NCBI GenBank assembly: GCA_023150875.1
Contig: JAKLKC010000012.1
Span: 5,565 to 69,564 of the forward strand
Source of the DNA: Myxococcota bacterium
GTDB taxonomy: Bacteria > Myxococcota_A > UBA796 > UBA9615 > JAKLKC01
Length of the DNA stretch: 64,000 bases
Direction: 5' to 3'
A program made the position numbers and the translations under genes. Below the pieces are notes generated by a model. It saw nothing but the letters and a program-made list of their open reading frames with translations. It was not told the DNA's origin and searched no databases. Below, in pieces: positions 1-9,324 of the stretch (positions are counted from its first letter, which is position 1; each line of letters starts with the position of its first letter).

Positions 1-99
1 CTGCCGGTCGCTACTTAGTGGCGCTTGGGGGCCCTCAGGCTCCTTCCCGCGGCCCTCCCGCGCCCCCCTCTCTCCCGGCCAGGCCCTCCTTCGGGTGGA

Positions 100-1365
100 T
101 CAACGCGGCGGTCTCCACCTCGCCGGCCCCCTCCCGGGGAGGGGCTCGGGCCTGCCGTTCCCCCCGCCCAACTCCACCTCGGTGGGCCGCCACCCCAGCA
201 GCGTCGCCGGGGCGTCCGGGGCGGGGGGAGGTCGCGGTGGGGCCGCCCCCGGGGCGGTGAGGGGCGCCGGTCTCCACCGGGCGAGGTCCGCGACCCGCAC
301 CTCCGGCGGGCGGTCCGCCGTCCCGGCTGGGGCGCCGATCTCCAACGGTGCCGCCACCGGCGACGGGGCGGAGCCCCGGGCGATCCGGGCCTGGGCGAAC
401 ACTTCCGCGACCCGGGTCGCCGTGGGGCGGTGGCGGGGATCCAGCGCCACGAGGAGGCCGATGGCCTCGTCCAGCACCTCCCAGGCCCCGTCGCCGAAGC
501 GCGCCGACAGGGGCTCCCGTCGCACCCGGGTCCCCTCGTCGTAGAGGCGGTCGGGGTCCAGGGCCACCTGCCGCAGGGAGGTCCGGATGGGGGCGCCCCC
601 CGCGGCGTCGTGCAGCAGGACCCCAAGGGCGAAGACGTCGGCGGCGGGGCCCACGTCGGCCTCGCCCCGGAGCTGCTCGGGCGCGGCGTACTCCGGGGTG
701 CCGACGAAGCCCCCCAGGACGGTGAGGGGCGCCCGGGGGGCGTAGTCGGCGTCCCGGGGGGCCCGGGCGATCCCGTAGTCCACGATCCGGGCGTGGAGCG
801 GCTCGAAGGACTGGATCAGGACGTTGGCGGGCTTCAGGTCCCTGTGGACGATCCCCGCGGCGTGGGCGTGGGCGAGGCCCAGGGCGAGCTGCCGGCCCAG
901 CTCCAGCGCGTCGTCGAGCCCGAGGGGCCCCCCGTAGCGCACCCGCCGGTCCAGGGTTCCCCCCGGGACCCAGTCCGTCGCCACCCAGTAGGGCGGCGGC
1001 CCGTCCACCCGCAGGTCCCGGAAGGCGACGACGTGGGGGTGGTCCAGGCGGCGCAGGACCTGCCCCTCCAGGCGCAGCCTCTCCCGCAGCACGCCGTGGG
1101 CGCGGTCCTGGTGGAGCACCTTCAGCGCCACCACCCGCCCGGCGTGGGCGGCCCCCAGGTCCACGGCGCGGTAGGTGACCCCGGCGCCCCCGGCGCCGAG
1201 CTTGCCCCGAATGGAGTACCGCTCCCCGACGACCTCCCCCGGCGCGAAGAAGCGGGGCCAGCCCCCCCGGGGGCGGGGCCGCTCGCACCCGGCACGGGGA
1301 CAGCGCCCCTCGGCCCCCACGAGGGAGGTCAGGCATGCGCTGCAGTAGTGCTGGAGATCGCTCAC
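100..1365 (-). CDS. Ser/Thr protein kinase (Hanks-type)
   Basis: Translation has GxGxxG-like 'GKLGAGGAGVTY', catalytic 'HRDLKPANVL', and 'GTPEYAAPE' activation-loop motif; 421-aa ORF. Confidence 0.85.
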   Translation of the reverse strand: MSDLQHYCSACLTSLVGAEGRCPRAGCERPRPRGGWPRFFAPGEVVGERYSIRGKLGAGGAGVTYRAVDLGAAHAGRVVALKVLHQDRAHGVLRERLRLEGQVLRRLDHPHVVAFRDLRVDGPPPYWVATDWVPGGTLDRRVRYGGPLGLDDALELGRQLALGLAHAHAAGIVHRDLKPANVLIQSFEPLHARIVDYGIARAPRDADYAPRAPLTVLGGFVGTPEYAAPEQLRGEADVGPAADVFALGVLLHDAAGGAPIRTSLRQVALDPDRLYDEGTRVRREPLSARFGDGAWEVLDEAIGLLVALDPRHRPTATRVAEVFAQARIARGSAPSPVAAPLEIGAPAGTADRPPEVRVADLARWRPAPLTAPGAAPPRPPPAPDAPATLLGWRPTEVELGGGNGRPEPLPGRGPARWRPPR

Positions 1366-1483
1366 CGCGTCCGTCCCCGGGGAGCCCCCTCGGGATCCCC
1401 CGATGGGGAGCCCCGAGGCAGCGTTCGGGCGAGCGCCCCGGGCGGTTACCGCGCCCGGCGGGCGGAGCCCCGGGGGAGGGGGA

Positions 1484-1651
1484 TCAGGCCCCGGCCTTCT
1501 CGCGCAGGAAGCGGGTGAGGGGACCCTCGAACTTCGAGAGGGCCTTGCGGTCCTTCCTGGTCAGGGCGGCGTAGGCCTCGCGGATCCGCTTGCGGGCGGC
1601 CCGCCGGGCCTTCTTGCGCTCGTCGTGGGGCAGCTTCTTGGTGTTGGCCAT
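1484..1651 (-). CDS. small basic hypothetical protein (55 aa, MANTKKLPHDERKKARRAARKR...)
   Basis: Internal ATG of the 1484..2065 ORF; Lys/Arg-rich helical peptide; rest of long ORF looks like GC-bias noise. Confidence 0.3.
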   Translation of the reverse strand: MANTKKLPHDERKKARRAARKRIREAYAALTRKDRKALSKFEGPLTRFLREKAGA

Positions 1652-1855
1652 CGGGGCTTCTCTCGTCGGCTCCCCGCGCCGGCCGGCGCTCCGGACCGGG
1701 GGGGAGGACCTGTGGGGTGTGACTGGGGCGGCCCCCACCGCCCGGGGGCACGGAGGGCGGTCGAGGTTAGGCGCGGCGAGGACTCCTGTCAATGGCGGAC
1801 CGGGTGGAAGGGAGTGTCGGTCGCGTCGTCGCCGCGGATCCCCGAGGGGCGCTGG

Positions 1856-1968
1856 GCGTGGACATCGCCGCGGCCCGCGAGGCCCGCACGAGGCCCCCGT
1901 GTCGCGGCATTGGAGGACCGCTTCTACGTCGACGCCGACGCCGCTCGGGACGCCGTGGTGCGTCGCAT
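1856..1968 (+). pseudogene. frameshifted fragment of a nucleotidyltransferase gene (paralog of CDS 3459..4031)
   Basis: nt 1856-1968 align to 3585-3700 of the NTase gene (e.g. 'gaggaccgcttctacgtcgacgcc...gacgccgtggtgcgtcg'), no intact frame. Confidence 0.45.
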
Positions 1969-2040
1969 GACCCATGGGGGCGGGAGCGGCCCGACTCCAG
2001 GGGGATGGATTCGGCGACGGTCCGTCGTCAGAATGGCCCC

Positions 2041-2727
2041 ATGAAGCCCACCGACAGCGCGGCACTCCCCGACTGGGAGAAGCTGCTCGCGGCCGAGCGC
2101 CATCTCCCGCACCTGGTCCCTGGGGCGCTCCTGGTCGGCGACACCGCGGCCGCGCCCCACGCCCGGCACCGCGCGAGCATCGACGGCGATCACGTCGTCG
2201 CCGACCTCCACGACCGTTACGACCCGGTGCTGGCCGCCCAGGAGGCTGCCGCCGGCTGGCGGACCGAGCGGGTGCGGCGCCCGGTGTCGATCCTCGGCAG
2301 CCCAGATGGCGTCTTGACCGGCATCCGCCAGTTGCGCCGGACGGCGCCGCTGGAGACCGAGGTGATCGAGGGAGTCCGGGTCCCGACCCTCGCCGAGAAT
2401 GCTCGAATCAAGGCGTGGCTCCTGGTCGTCCGGCGCACGGTGCGGGACTACCTGGACGTCGTGGTGCTCTTCGAGCGGCTCGGGCCCGTCGGTGTTGGCG
2501 CCGCCCTCGCGCGGTTCGACGACCTGTACCCCCAGCCGACGGGCGCTTCCCCGCTCGCGGAGCTGGCCGAACGATTGGCTGAGGCGCGGCCCGGCGACCT
2601 GGCCGTCGTCGATCTGCGAAGCTACAAGGGGCTCATCCCGCCCTGGAGCGACTGGGAACACGTCCGAGCGGCGGGGCGCAGGTGGGCGATGAGAGTGGCG
2701 GACCTGGTCCTGGGGAGCCCCCGATGA
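2041..2727 (+). CDS. AbiEii-like nucleotidyltransferase-fold protein (putative toxin)
   Basis: 'LLVGDTAAA...HRASIDGDHVV' resembles the GGTAL...RxSxDID motif of the AbiEii NTase family; stop TGA overlaps ATG of next gene (ATGA at 2724-2727); start choice (MKPTDS) uncertain. Confidence 0.5.
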   Translation: MKPTDSAALPDWEKLLAAERHLPHLVPGALLVGDTAAAPHARHRASIDGDHVVADLHDRYDPVLAAQEAAAGWRTERVRRPVSILGSPDGVLTGIRQLRRTAPLETEVIEGVRVPTLAENARIKAWLLVVRRTVRDYLDVVVLFERLGPVGVGAALARFDDLYPQPTGASPLAELAERLAEARPGDLAVVDLRSYKGLIPPWSDWEHVRAAGRRWAMRVADLVLGSPR

Positions 2728-3014
2728 CCGCGGGCGAGCTGGCTCGGTCGCGGGCGCTGTGGAACCGCGTGGGTCTCGACCTGGGGAGCGACGAGGTGCT
2801 CGCGCAAGTGCTCGACCGGGGCGAGCTGGCGGCCTGGCGTGAGCTGTACGCCGTCGCCCGGGAGGATCCGGAGCTGCGGCGGCGGATCGTCCGCGTCGTC
2901 CGGGAGGTCCCGCTGCCGCTCCCCCACCTCTGGCTGGCCGCGATGGCGTCCCTGGGCGAGCCCGTCGACCTGGATCTCCCGCTGCCGGTGTACGGGGAGG
3001 ACGGGGGGGTCTGA
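2724..3014 (+). CDS. small hypothetical protein (96 aa) translationally coupled to 2041..2727
   Basis: ATGA start/stop overlap; a near-identical second copy lies at 4088-4333. Confidence 0.45.
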   Translation: MTAGELARSRALWNRVGLDLGSDEVLAQVLDRGELAAWRELYAVAREDPELRRRIVRVVREVPLPLPHLWLAAMASLGEPVDLDLPLPVYGEDGGV

Positions 3015-3188
3015 AACACCGGGGCCGGAGGTCGGGTGCGGGCCGCGCGGGTCGCCGCCGAGGGGAAGGGGGGGCGGGCTGTTGGGGCGCTTCATGCTTG
3101 GGAGAATCGTCGGGTCCCGGCGGACCCGACGATTCAGGTCGGTCAGGCGTCGTTGCCCTCGACACCTCGGGTCCGTACCATGACGCCA

Positions 3189-3451
3189 TGCACTTCACCG
3201 GCGTTGAAGACACCCCGCCGGAGGTCCGCCAGGTTCTGATCGCGGGCTACCGTCGCATGACCCCAGCCCAGAAGCTGAGGCTGGTCGTCGCGCTGACTCA
3301 TGGGGTCCAGCAGGTTGCCCTGGCGCGCATCCGGGCGCAGCATCCCGGCGCGGGGGAGCACGAGTTGAAGATGCGCCTCGCCTCGCTCTGGCTGCCCGGC
3401 GACCTGATGCGCGACGTCTTCGGTTGGGATCCGGCGGTCCACGGCTACTGA
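3189..3451 (+). CDS. small hypothetical protein (87 aa) preceding the NTase gene, possible antitoxin-like partner
   Basis: ORF MHFTGVEDTPPEVRQVLIAGYRRMTPAQKLRL...; ends 8 nt before start of NTase gene 3459. Confidence 0.4.
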
Positions 3452-3458
3452 GCAGGGC

Positions 3459-4031
3459 GTGCTTGCCGAGCCCCTCGCGGTTGCGCTCCTGGTGGGAGAC
3501 GTCTTCGACGCGCTCGGGGTGCCTTGGGTCGTGGGAGGGTCTGTCGCGTCGTCGCTGCGTGGAGTCCCCCGCAGCACGCAGGACGTGGACATCGTCGCGG
3601 ACCTGCGCGGCCTGCACGTGGGCCCGTTCGTCGCGGCGCTGGAGGATCGCTTCTACGTCGATGCCGGCGCCGTCCGGGACGCCGTGGTGCGTCGTTCGTC
3701 CTTCAACCTCATCCACCTCGGTACCATGACCAAGGTGGACGTGTTCACGACGAAACCGGACCCGATGTCCCGCAGTGAGATGGGGCGGCGGCAACGCTAC
3801 GAGGCCGAGCCCGGGGTGATCCTCCCCGTCGCCAGCCCCGAGGACGTCGTGCTCCAGAAGCTCGACGGGTTCCGCAAGGGCGGCGGCGTGTCCGAACGCC
3901 AGTGGCGGGACGTGCTCGGCGTGCTGCAGGTGGGCGGACCTGGTCTCGACCACGACTACATGCGGCGTCTCGCAGGCGAGGTCGGACTTGCGGATCTGCT
4001 GGAGGACGCCCTGCGCGGCGCGGGGCCCTGA
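3459..4031 (+). CDS. nucleotidyltransferase family protein (190 aa)
   Basis: 'VVGGSVASSLRGVPRSTQDVDIVADL' = hG[GS]x9-13Dh[DE]h minimal NTase motif. Confidence 0.6.
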   Translation: MLAEPLAVALLVGDVFDALGVPWVVGGSVASSLRGVPRSTQDVDIVADLRGLHVGPFVAALEDRFYVDAGAVRDAVVRRSSFNLIHLGTMTKVDVFTTKPDPMSRSEMGRRQRYEAEPGVILPVASPEDVVLQKLDGFRKGGGVSERQWRDVLGVLQVGGPGLDHDYMRRLAGEVGLADLLEDALRGAGP

Positions 4032-4052
4032 GCCTCGCCCCCCCAACGGGCG

Positions 4053-4333
4053 ATGAGAGGGGCGGACCCGGTCCTGGGGAACCCCCGACGACCGCGGGCG
4101 AGCGGGCACCGTCGTGGGCGTTGTGGAGCCGCGTGGGTCTCGACCTGGGGAGCGACGAGGTGCTCGCCCAGGTGCTCGACCGGGGCGAGCTGGCGGCCTG
4201 GCGCGAGCTGTTCGCCGTCGCCCGGAAGTTCCCGCTGCCGCTCCCCCACCTCTGGCTGGCCGCGATGGCGTCCCCGGGCGAGCCCGTCGACCTGGATCTC
4301 CCGCTGCCGGTGTACGGGGAGGACGGGGGGATC
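4053..4333 (+). pseudogene. second copy of the tail of gene 2041..2727 plus the coupled small gene, with the ATG mutated (ATG->ACG)
   Basis: nt 4053-4333 ~ nt 2689-3000; 'ccgatgacc' of copy 1 is 'ccgacgacc' here, removing both the start of the small gene and the upstream stop. Confidence 0.45.
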
Positions 4334-4480
4334 CGACACCCATCCTCCCCCACGACGGTCCCTGACCCAGCGGCGATCAGCGTCCCTCCAGGCGCACTCG
4401 TCCTCGAATTCGCGTGGCGTGCCGACGATGCCGGGCGGCGGACGACCGGGGCCCCCGGCGCGGGGACCTGGGCGGCCCCG

Positions 4481-5191
4481 TCAGTGGGGGAGCGGGGCGG
4501 CGTCCATCCAGTCCCGGGCAAGCAGGCGGGTCCCGGTGGCGGGGGGAGGGTCGGCGTCCACCATGCGGAGGATCGCCTCGGCGACGGCGTCGGGGGTGGG
4601 CAGGGTGCCGGGATCCTCGTCGGGGTAGGCAGCCGCCCGCATCGCCGTGGCGGTGCCGCCGGGGTCGACGGCGTGTACCCGGATCCCGCCGTCCCCCAGC
4701 TCGTCGGCGAGCACCTGGGTGAGGCCCTCCACGGCGAACTTGCTGGCCGCGTAGGCGCCCCAGCAGGCCCGGCCCCTCACCCCCGCCCCCGACGACACGT
4801 TGAGCAGCACCGCCCGGCGGCTCCTCGCCAGGGCGGGCAGCAGGGACTGGATCACCCGGAAGGGGGTGGTGGCGTTGACCGCGAGCACCCGGTCCCACTC
4901 CTCGGGCGGGTAGCGATCGAGGGTCACTCGGGGGCCCAGGACGCCGGCGTTGTTCACCAGCAGGTCCAGGCCGCCCCCGTCCCGCTCCACCGCGTCCGCG
5001 AGGGCCCGCACCGTCCGCGGATCGGTGAGGTCGCCCACCAGGGCCCAGACCCCACGGGGCGCGTCGGGGACGGGGTGGCGGGAGACCGTCCACACCCTCG
5101 CGCCCCGGGCGGCCAGACGCTCCACCAGGGCCCGCCCGATCCCCGCGCCGCCGCCCGTCACCACCGCCCGCTTCGGCCCCCGCTCCGTCAT
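4481..5191 (-). CDS. short-chain dehydrogenase/reductase (SDR)
   Basis: 'VVTGGGAGIGRA' Rossmann motif, 'NNAG', 'YAASKFAV' catalytic YxxxK; start ATG at 5189-5191 within longer noise ORF. Confidence 0.8.
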   Translation of the reverse strand: MTERGPKRAVVTGGGAGIGRALVERLAARGARVWTVSRHPVPDAPRGVWALVGDLTDPRTVRALADAVERDGGGLDLLVNNAGVLGPRVTLDRYPPEEWDRVLAVNATTPFRVIQSLLPALARSRRAVLLNVSSGAGVRGRACWGAYAASKFAVEGLTQVLADELGDGGIRVHAVDPGGTATAMRAAAYPDEDPGTLPTPDAVAEAILRMVDADPPPATGTRLLARDWMDAAPLPH

Positions 5192-5311
5192 GCCCGATCC
5201 CGTGGCCCTCGCCCCGGCCCGCCGCGGTTGCGGCCGCAGGCCGGAGGTGCCAGTATAACCGGCCACCCGCCGGGGATCTGCCGGCGGCCCCCTCACCCCT
5301 CTCTGCAGCCC

Positions 5312-5896
5312 ATGTCGCACTCGATCGTCCCGGCCCCAGCTTCCTTGTTGACAGACGCGGTGGCTGGATATATCTCTGGCGCTCGCCCCGGCGCCGCGCC
5401 CCTCGCGACCGAGCCTGACGACCTCGCCTTCATGGCCCTGGCCCTGGAGGAGGCCCGTCTGGCGGAGCGGGAGGGGGAGGTACCGGTCGGGGCGGTGCTC
5501 GTCCGGAGGGGTGAGGTCATCGCCCGGGCGCGCAACCGCCGCGAGACCCATGGCGATCCGACCGCCCACGCCGAGATGCTCCTCATCCGGGAGGCGGTGG
5601 GATCGGGGACCATGGGGGGCGGGTGGAGGTTCACCGAGGTCACCCTGTACGTCACGCTGGAGCCCTGCGTGATGTGCATGGGGGCGTCCGTTCTGGCGAG
5701 GATTCCCCGACTGGTCTACGGTTGCTCCGACCCCAAGGGCGGGGCGGCGCGCACGCTCTACCAGCTCGGGAACGATCCCCGACTGAACCACCGGGTCGAG
5801 GTGGTCGGCGGGGTGAGGGGGGAGGAAGCGGGGGACCTGCTCCGCGACTTCTTCCGGCGGCTCCGGGCCCGCCCCCGCGGCGGGGCCGGACCCTAG
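5312..5896 (+). CDS. tadA: tRNA-specific adenosine deaminase TadA
   Basis: 'HAEMLLIREA' and 'TLEPCVMCMGA' zinc-binding CDA motifs; N-terminus aligns to E. coli TadA. Confidence 0.85.
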   Translation: MSHSIVPAPASLLTDAVAGYISGARPGAAPLATEPDDLAFMALALEEARLAEREGEVPVGAVLVRRGEVIARARNRRETHGDPTAHAEMLLIREAVGSGTMGGGWRFTEVTLYVTLEPCVMCMGASVLARIPRLVYGCSDPKGGAARTLYQLGNDPRLNHRVEVVGGVRGEEAGDLLRDFFRRLRARPRGGAGP

Positions 5897-5986
5897 CTCT
5901 TTGAACGATAGCGATGGCATGGCCCGCGGTGGCGGGGAGGCCCGGGTGCACAGATCGCCCGGCGCTCCGCTCCGCAGTCAAGTCGC

Positions 5987-6076
5987 GGAGAGGTGGCCGA
6001 GCGGTTGAAGGCGCCTGACTCGAAATCAGGTTTACCCGTGAGGGTAACGGGGGTTCGAATCCCTCCCTCTCCGCCA
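5987..6076 (+). tRNA. tRNA-Ser (anticodon CGA), CCA encoded
   Basis: GGAGAGG...CCTCTCC acceptor, long variable arm, anticodon loop cuCGAaa, T-loop GGTTCGAATCC. Confidence 0.85.
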
Positions 6077-6153
6077 CACGTTTCCTGCCGGCCCGGATCC
6101 CGTCCCCGAGCGCTTCCCGCCCCGGACCGGATCCCGCCGGGGCGGCTTCGTGG

Positions 6154-6244
<91 letters not shown>

Positions 6245-6502
6245 CCCCCACGGCGATCGGTCGGTGGCGAATCCAGGGGCCATCCACAGGTGCTCGCGGT
6301 CAGGAGGGATCGTCGGGTCCCGGGCGACCGGGTGCGGCGAACCCCGCCAGGTCCGGAAGGAAGCAACGGTAGTCGAATACCCGGTGTGTCCGGCCGACCC
6401 GGCGATCCCTCGTGACCGCGAGCGCCTCCCCCCGCGAGGCGTACTCCCCCTCCCCACGAACCCACCACCCGGCGCGCCCCTCCCGGCGCGTCCCCGGCGC
6501 CC

Positions 6503-8308
6503 ATGAGCTACCTGGCCATCGCGCGCAAGTGGCGGCCCCAGCGCTTCGAGGACCTGGTGGGACAGGGGCACGTCACCCGCACCCTCCAGAACGCGATCCG
6601 CATGGGGCGTGTCCACCACGCCTTCCTGTTCACCGGGGCGCGCGGGGTGGGCAAGACCTCGGCGGCGCGGATCCTCGCCAAGGCCCTCCAGTGCGAGAAC
6701 GGCCCGGCGGACAACCCTTGCAACGAGTGCGGGGCCTGCCGGGAGATCACCGCCGGATCCCACCCCGACGTCGTCGAGATCGACGCCGCCTCGAACAACC
6801 GGGTCGACGACGTCCGGGACCTCATCGAGAAGGTGCGCTACCTCCCCGCCCGGGGCAGGCGCCGCATCTACATCGTCGACGAGGTCCACATGGTGACCAC
6901 GCAGGCGTTCAACGCCCTGCTGAAGACCCTGGAGGAGCCTCCCCCCCACGTCGTCTTCATCTTCGCCACCACCGATCCCCAGAAGATCCTCGACACCGTC
7001 CTCAGCCGCTGCCAGCGCTTCGACTTCAAGATGATCCCGGTGCGGACCATCCACGAGCGGCTGAAGGAGATCTGCGCCACCGACGGGGTGAGGATCACCG
7101 ACGGGGCGCTTCTCCTGGTGGCCCGGGAGGCGGGCGGGTCGATGCGGGACGCCCAGAGCCTGCTGGACCAGGTGCTCTCCTTCGGCGAGGGGGAGCTGAC
7201 CGAGGAGCAGGTGGTCCAGACCCTGGGCTTCATCGACCGCACCCTGCTCCACGACGTGATCGAGGCCGTCGTCGTCGGCGATCCCGCCCGGGCCCTGGAC
7301 GGCGTGCGGCGGGTCCAGGAGTTCGGCTACGACGCCCGCCAGTTCGCCAAGGAGCTGCTGGAGGCGCTGCGCCACCTGATGGTCATCGCCCTCGTCCCGG
7401 ACGCCTCCCGCCTCGTGGACCTCCCCGCCGACGAGCAGCAGCGCCTGAAGGCCCTCGCCGCGGGGACCACCCCCGAGGCGATCCAGCGGCGGTTCGACCT
7501 GCTGGCGGGAGCCCTGGACGACATCGCCCGGTCGGAGACTCCGGGCATGATCCTGGAGGTCTCGGTCCTGCGCCTGGCGCGGGTGAGGCCGTACGTGCCC
7601 GTCGAGGCGCTGGTGGAGCGGCTGGTGGCCCTGGAGCGGCGCCTCGCCTCGGGCGCGGCCACCCCCGCGGCCACGGCCACCGCCCAGGCCCCCCCGACCC
7701 GGGCGTGGCGCACCGGCACCGTCCCCTCGGACCCACCGCCCCCGGCGGCGAGCCCGGCCGCCCCGCCCGCCCCGGCCCCCGCTCCGGCGGTCCGGCCCGC
7801 GGCAGTGGCGGTCGCCGAGCCGCCCGTGCCCGTCGCCCCGCCTGCCCCGGAGCCCGCCTCCGTGAGGTGCGATCCCGAGCGGTGGAAGGCGTTCCTGGCC
7901 CAGCTCAAGCCCGTGGACGCGCTGAAGTGGGCGGTGCTCAGCGAGGGGGCCTTCGTCTCGGCGGAGGGCGCCGCCCTCACGGTGGAGCTCTCGGGTCCCA
8001 AGCTGTCCCGCGCCCGCGCGTGGGCCGCCGACCGCAAGCTGCTGGACGCCGCGGCCCGGTTCTTCGGCGTCGAGGTGGCCTTCCAGTTCGTCGCCGCGGG
8101 CGCCGCCCCGGCCGCCTCCTCCGGTGGGGGGGGCTCGGCGGCGATCTCCCCGGCGGAGGAGGCCCGGCGGACCCGGCGGGCCCGCGAGGAAGCGGTGCTG
8201 GACCGCGCGGCGCGGGATCCCGCGGTGGCGCTCTTCCAGCGGGTGTTCCCGGGGACAACGTTGGAGCGCATCGTCCCCCTCGCGGAGGGGGGATCGGAGG
8301 GAGCATGA
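6503..8308 (+). CDS. dnaX: DNA polymerase III subunits gamma/tau
   Basis: N-terminus 'MSYLAIARKWRPQRFEDLVGQGHV...GARGVGKTS' typical DnaX; Pro/Ala-rich tau linker. Confidence 0.9.
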   Translation: MSYLAIARKWRPQRFEDLVGQGHVTRTLQNAIRMGRVHHAFLFTGARGVGKTSAARILAKALQCENGPADNPCNECGACREITAGSHPDVVEIDAASNNRVDDVRDLIEKVRYLPARGRRRIYIVDEVHMVTTQAFNALLKTLEEPPPHVVFIFATTDPQKILDTVLSRCQRFDFKMIPVRTIHERLKEICATDGVRITDGALLLVAREAGGSMRDAQSLLDQVLSFGEGELTEEQVVQTLGFIDRTLLHDVIEAVVVGDPARALDGVRRVQEFGYDARQFAKELLEALRHLMVIALVPDASRLVDLPADEQQRLKALAAGTTPEAIQRRFDLLAGALDDIARSETPGMILEVSVLRLARVRPYVPVEALVERLVALERRLASGAATPAATATAQAPPTRAWRTGTVPSDPPPPAASPAAPPAPAPAPAVRPAAVAVAEPPVPVAPPAPEPASVRCDPERWKAFLAQLKPVDALKWAVLSEGAFVSAEGAALTVELSGPKLSRARAWAADRKLLDAAARFFGVEVAFQFVAAGAAPAASSGGGGSAAISPAEEARRTRRAREEAVLDRAARDPAVALFQRVFPGTTLERIVPLAEGGSEGA

Positions 8309-8709
8309 GTAGCGGGGGGAAGCCAGAGTTCGATCTCCAGGGGATGCTCGGCGGGCTCCTGGGCCGCGCCCAGGAGATGAAGGACCGCATGGAGCAGGCC
8401 CAGGCCCGGGCCGCCACCAAGCGGGTCGAGGGCCAGGCGGGGGGCGGCGTGGTGCGGGTGGTGGTCACCGGCCAGATGGAGGTCAAGGAGGTCCGGATCC
8501 TCCCCCTGGCCTTCGAGTCCGGCGACGTGACCATGCTGGAGGACCTGGTGACCGCCGCGGTCAACGACGCCCTCCGGCGGGCGAAGGACGTGGTGGAGGG
8601 GGAGGCGAGCCGCGTCACCGGCGACCTGGACCCGGGCAACCTCGCCGCCATGCTGGGCGGGCTGATGGGTGGGGCGGGAGGGGACCCCGCCGGCGAAGAC
8701 GAAGGGTAG
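8305..8709 (+). CDS. ybaB: nucleoid-associated protein YbaB/EbfC
   Basis: ATGA overlap with dnaX stop; conserved dnaX-ybaB-recR order; helical ~134-aa protein. Confidence 0.8.
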   Translation: MSSGGKPEFDLQGMLGGLLGRAQEMKDRMEQAQARAATKRVEGQAGGGVVRVVVTGQMEVKEVRILPLAFESGDVTMLEDLVTAAVNDALRRAKDVVEGEASRVTGDLDPGNLAAMLGGLMGGAGGDPAGEDEG

Positions 8710-8724
8710 GGGGAGAGAGCGTCC

Positions 8725-9324
8725 ATGGCCGAAGCCGATCCAATCCGGCGGCTGATCCACCAGCTCAGCCGCCTTCCGGGCGTGGGGGAGAAGACCGCGA
8801 CCCGCCTGGCCTTCCACCTGCTCCGTGCCGACCGGGCGATCTGCCTGGACCTCGCCCGGGCGCTGGAGGAGGTCTCGGCCCAGGTGGGCCTGTGCGGGCG
8901 GTGCGCCAACCTGGCCGCCATCGATCCCTGCCCCACCTGCCGGGACGAGCGCCGCACCGACGACACGATCTGCGTGGTGGAGCGCCCCCAGGACCAGTGG
9001 GCGCTGGAGCGGGCCCCCGAGTACCGGGGCCGCTTCCACGTCCTCCACGGCGCCCTGGACCCCCTCTCGGGGATCGGCCCCGAGCAGCTCCAGATCGCCT
9101 CGCTGCTTCATCGGCTGGCTCCGGCGGCGGTCCGGGAGGTCATCCTCGCCACCAACCCCACCGTCGAGGGGGAGGCCACCGCCCTCTACCTGGCCCGCCT
9201 GCTCAAGCCCCTGGGGGTGAAGGTGACCCGGATCGCCCAGGGGGTGGCCCTGGGCTCGGAGATCGAGTACGCCGACCAGGGCACCCTATCCCGGGCCCTG
9301 GCCCACCGGCACGACTTCGGCTGA
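8725..9324 (+). CDS. recR: recombination protein RecR
   Basis: 'LPGVGEKTATRLAFHLL' HhH, C4 zinc finger 'CGRCANL...CPTC', Toprim region. Confidence 0.9.
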   Translation: MAEADPIRRLIHQLSRLPGVGEKTATRLAFHLLRADRAICLDLARALEEVSAQVGLCGRCANLAAIDPCPTCRDERRTDDTICVVERPQDQWALERAPEYRGRFHVLHGALDPLSGIGPEQLQIASLLHRLAPAAVREVILATNPTVEGEATALYLARLLKPLGVKVTRIAQGVALGSEIEYADQGTLSRALAHRHDFG

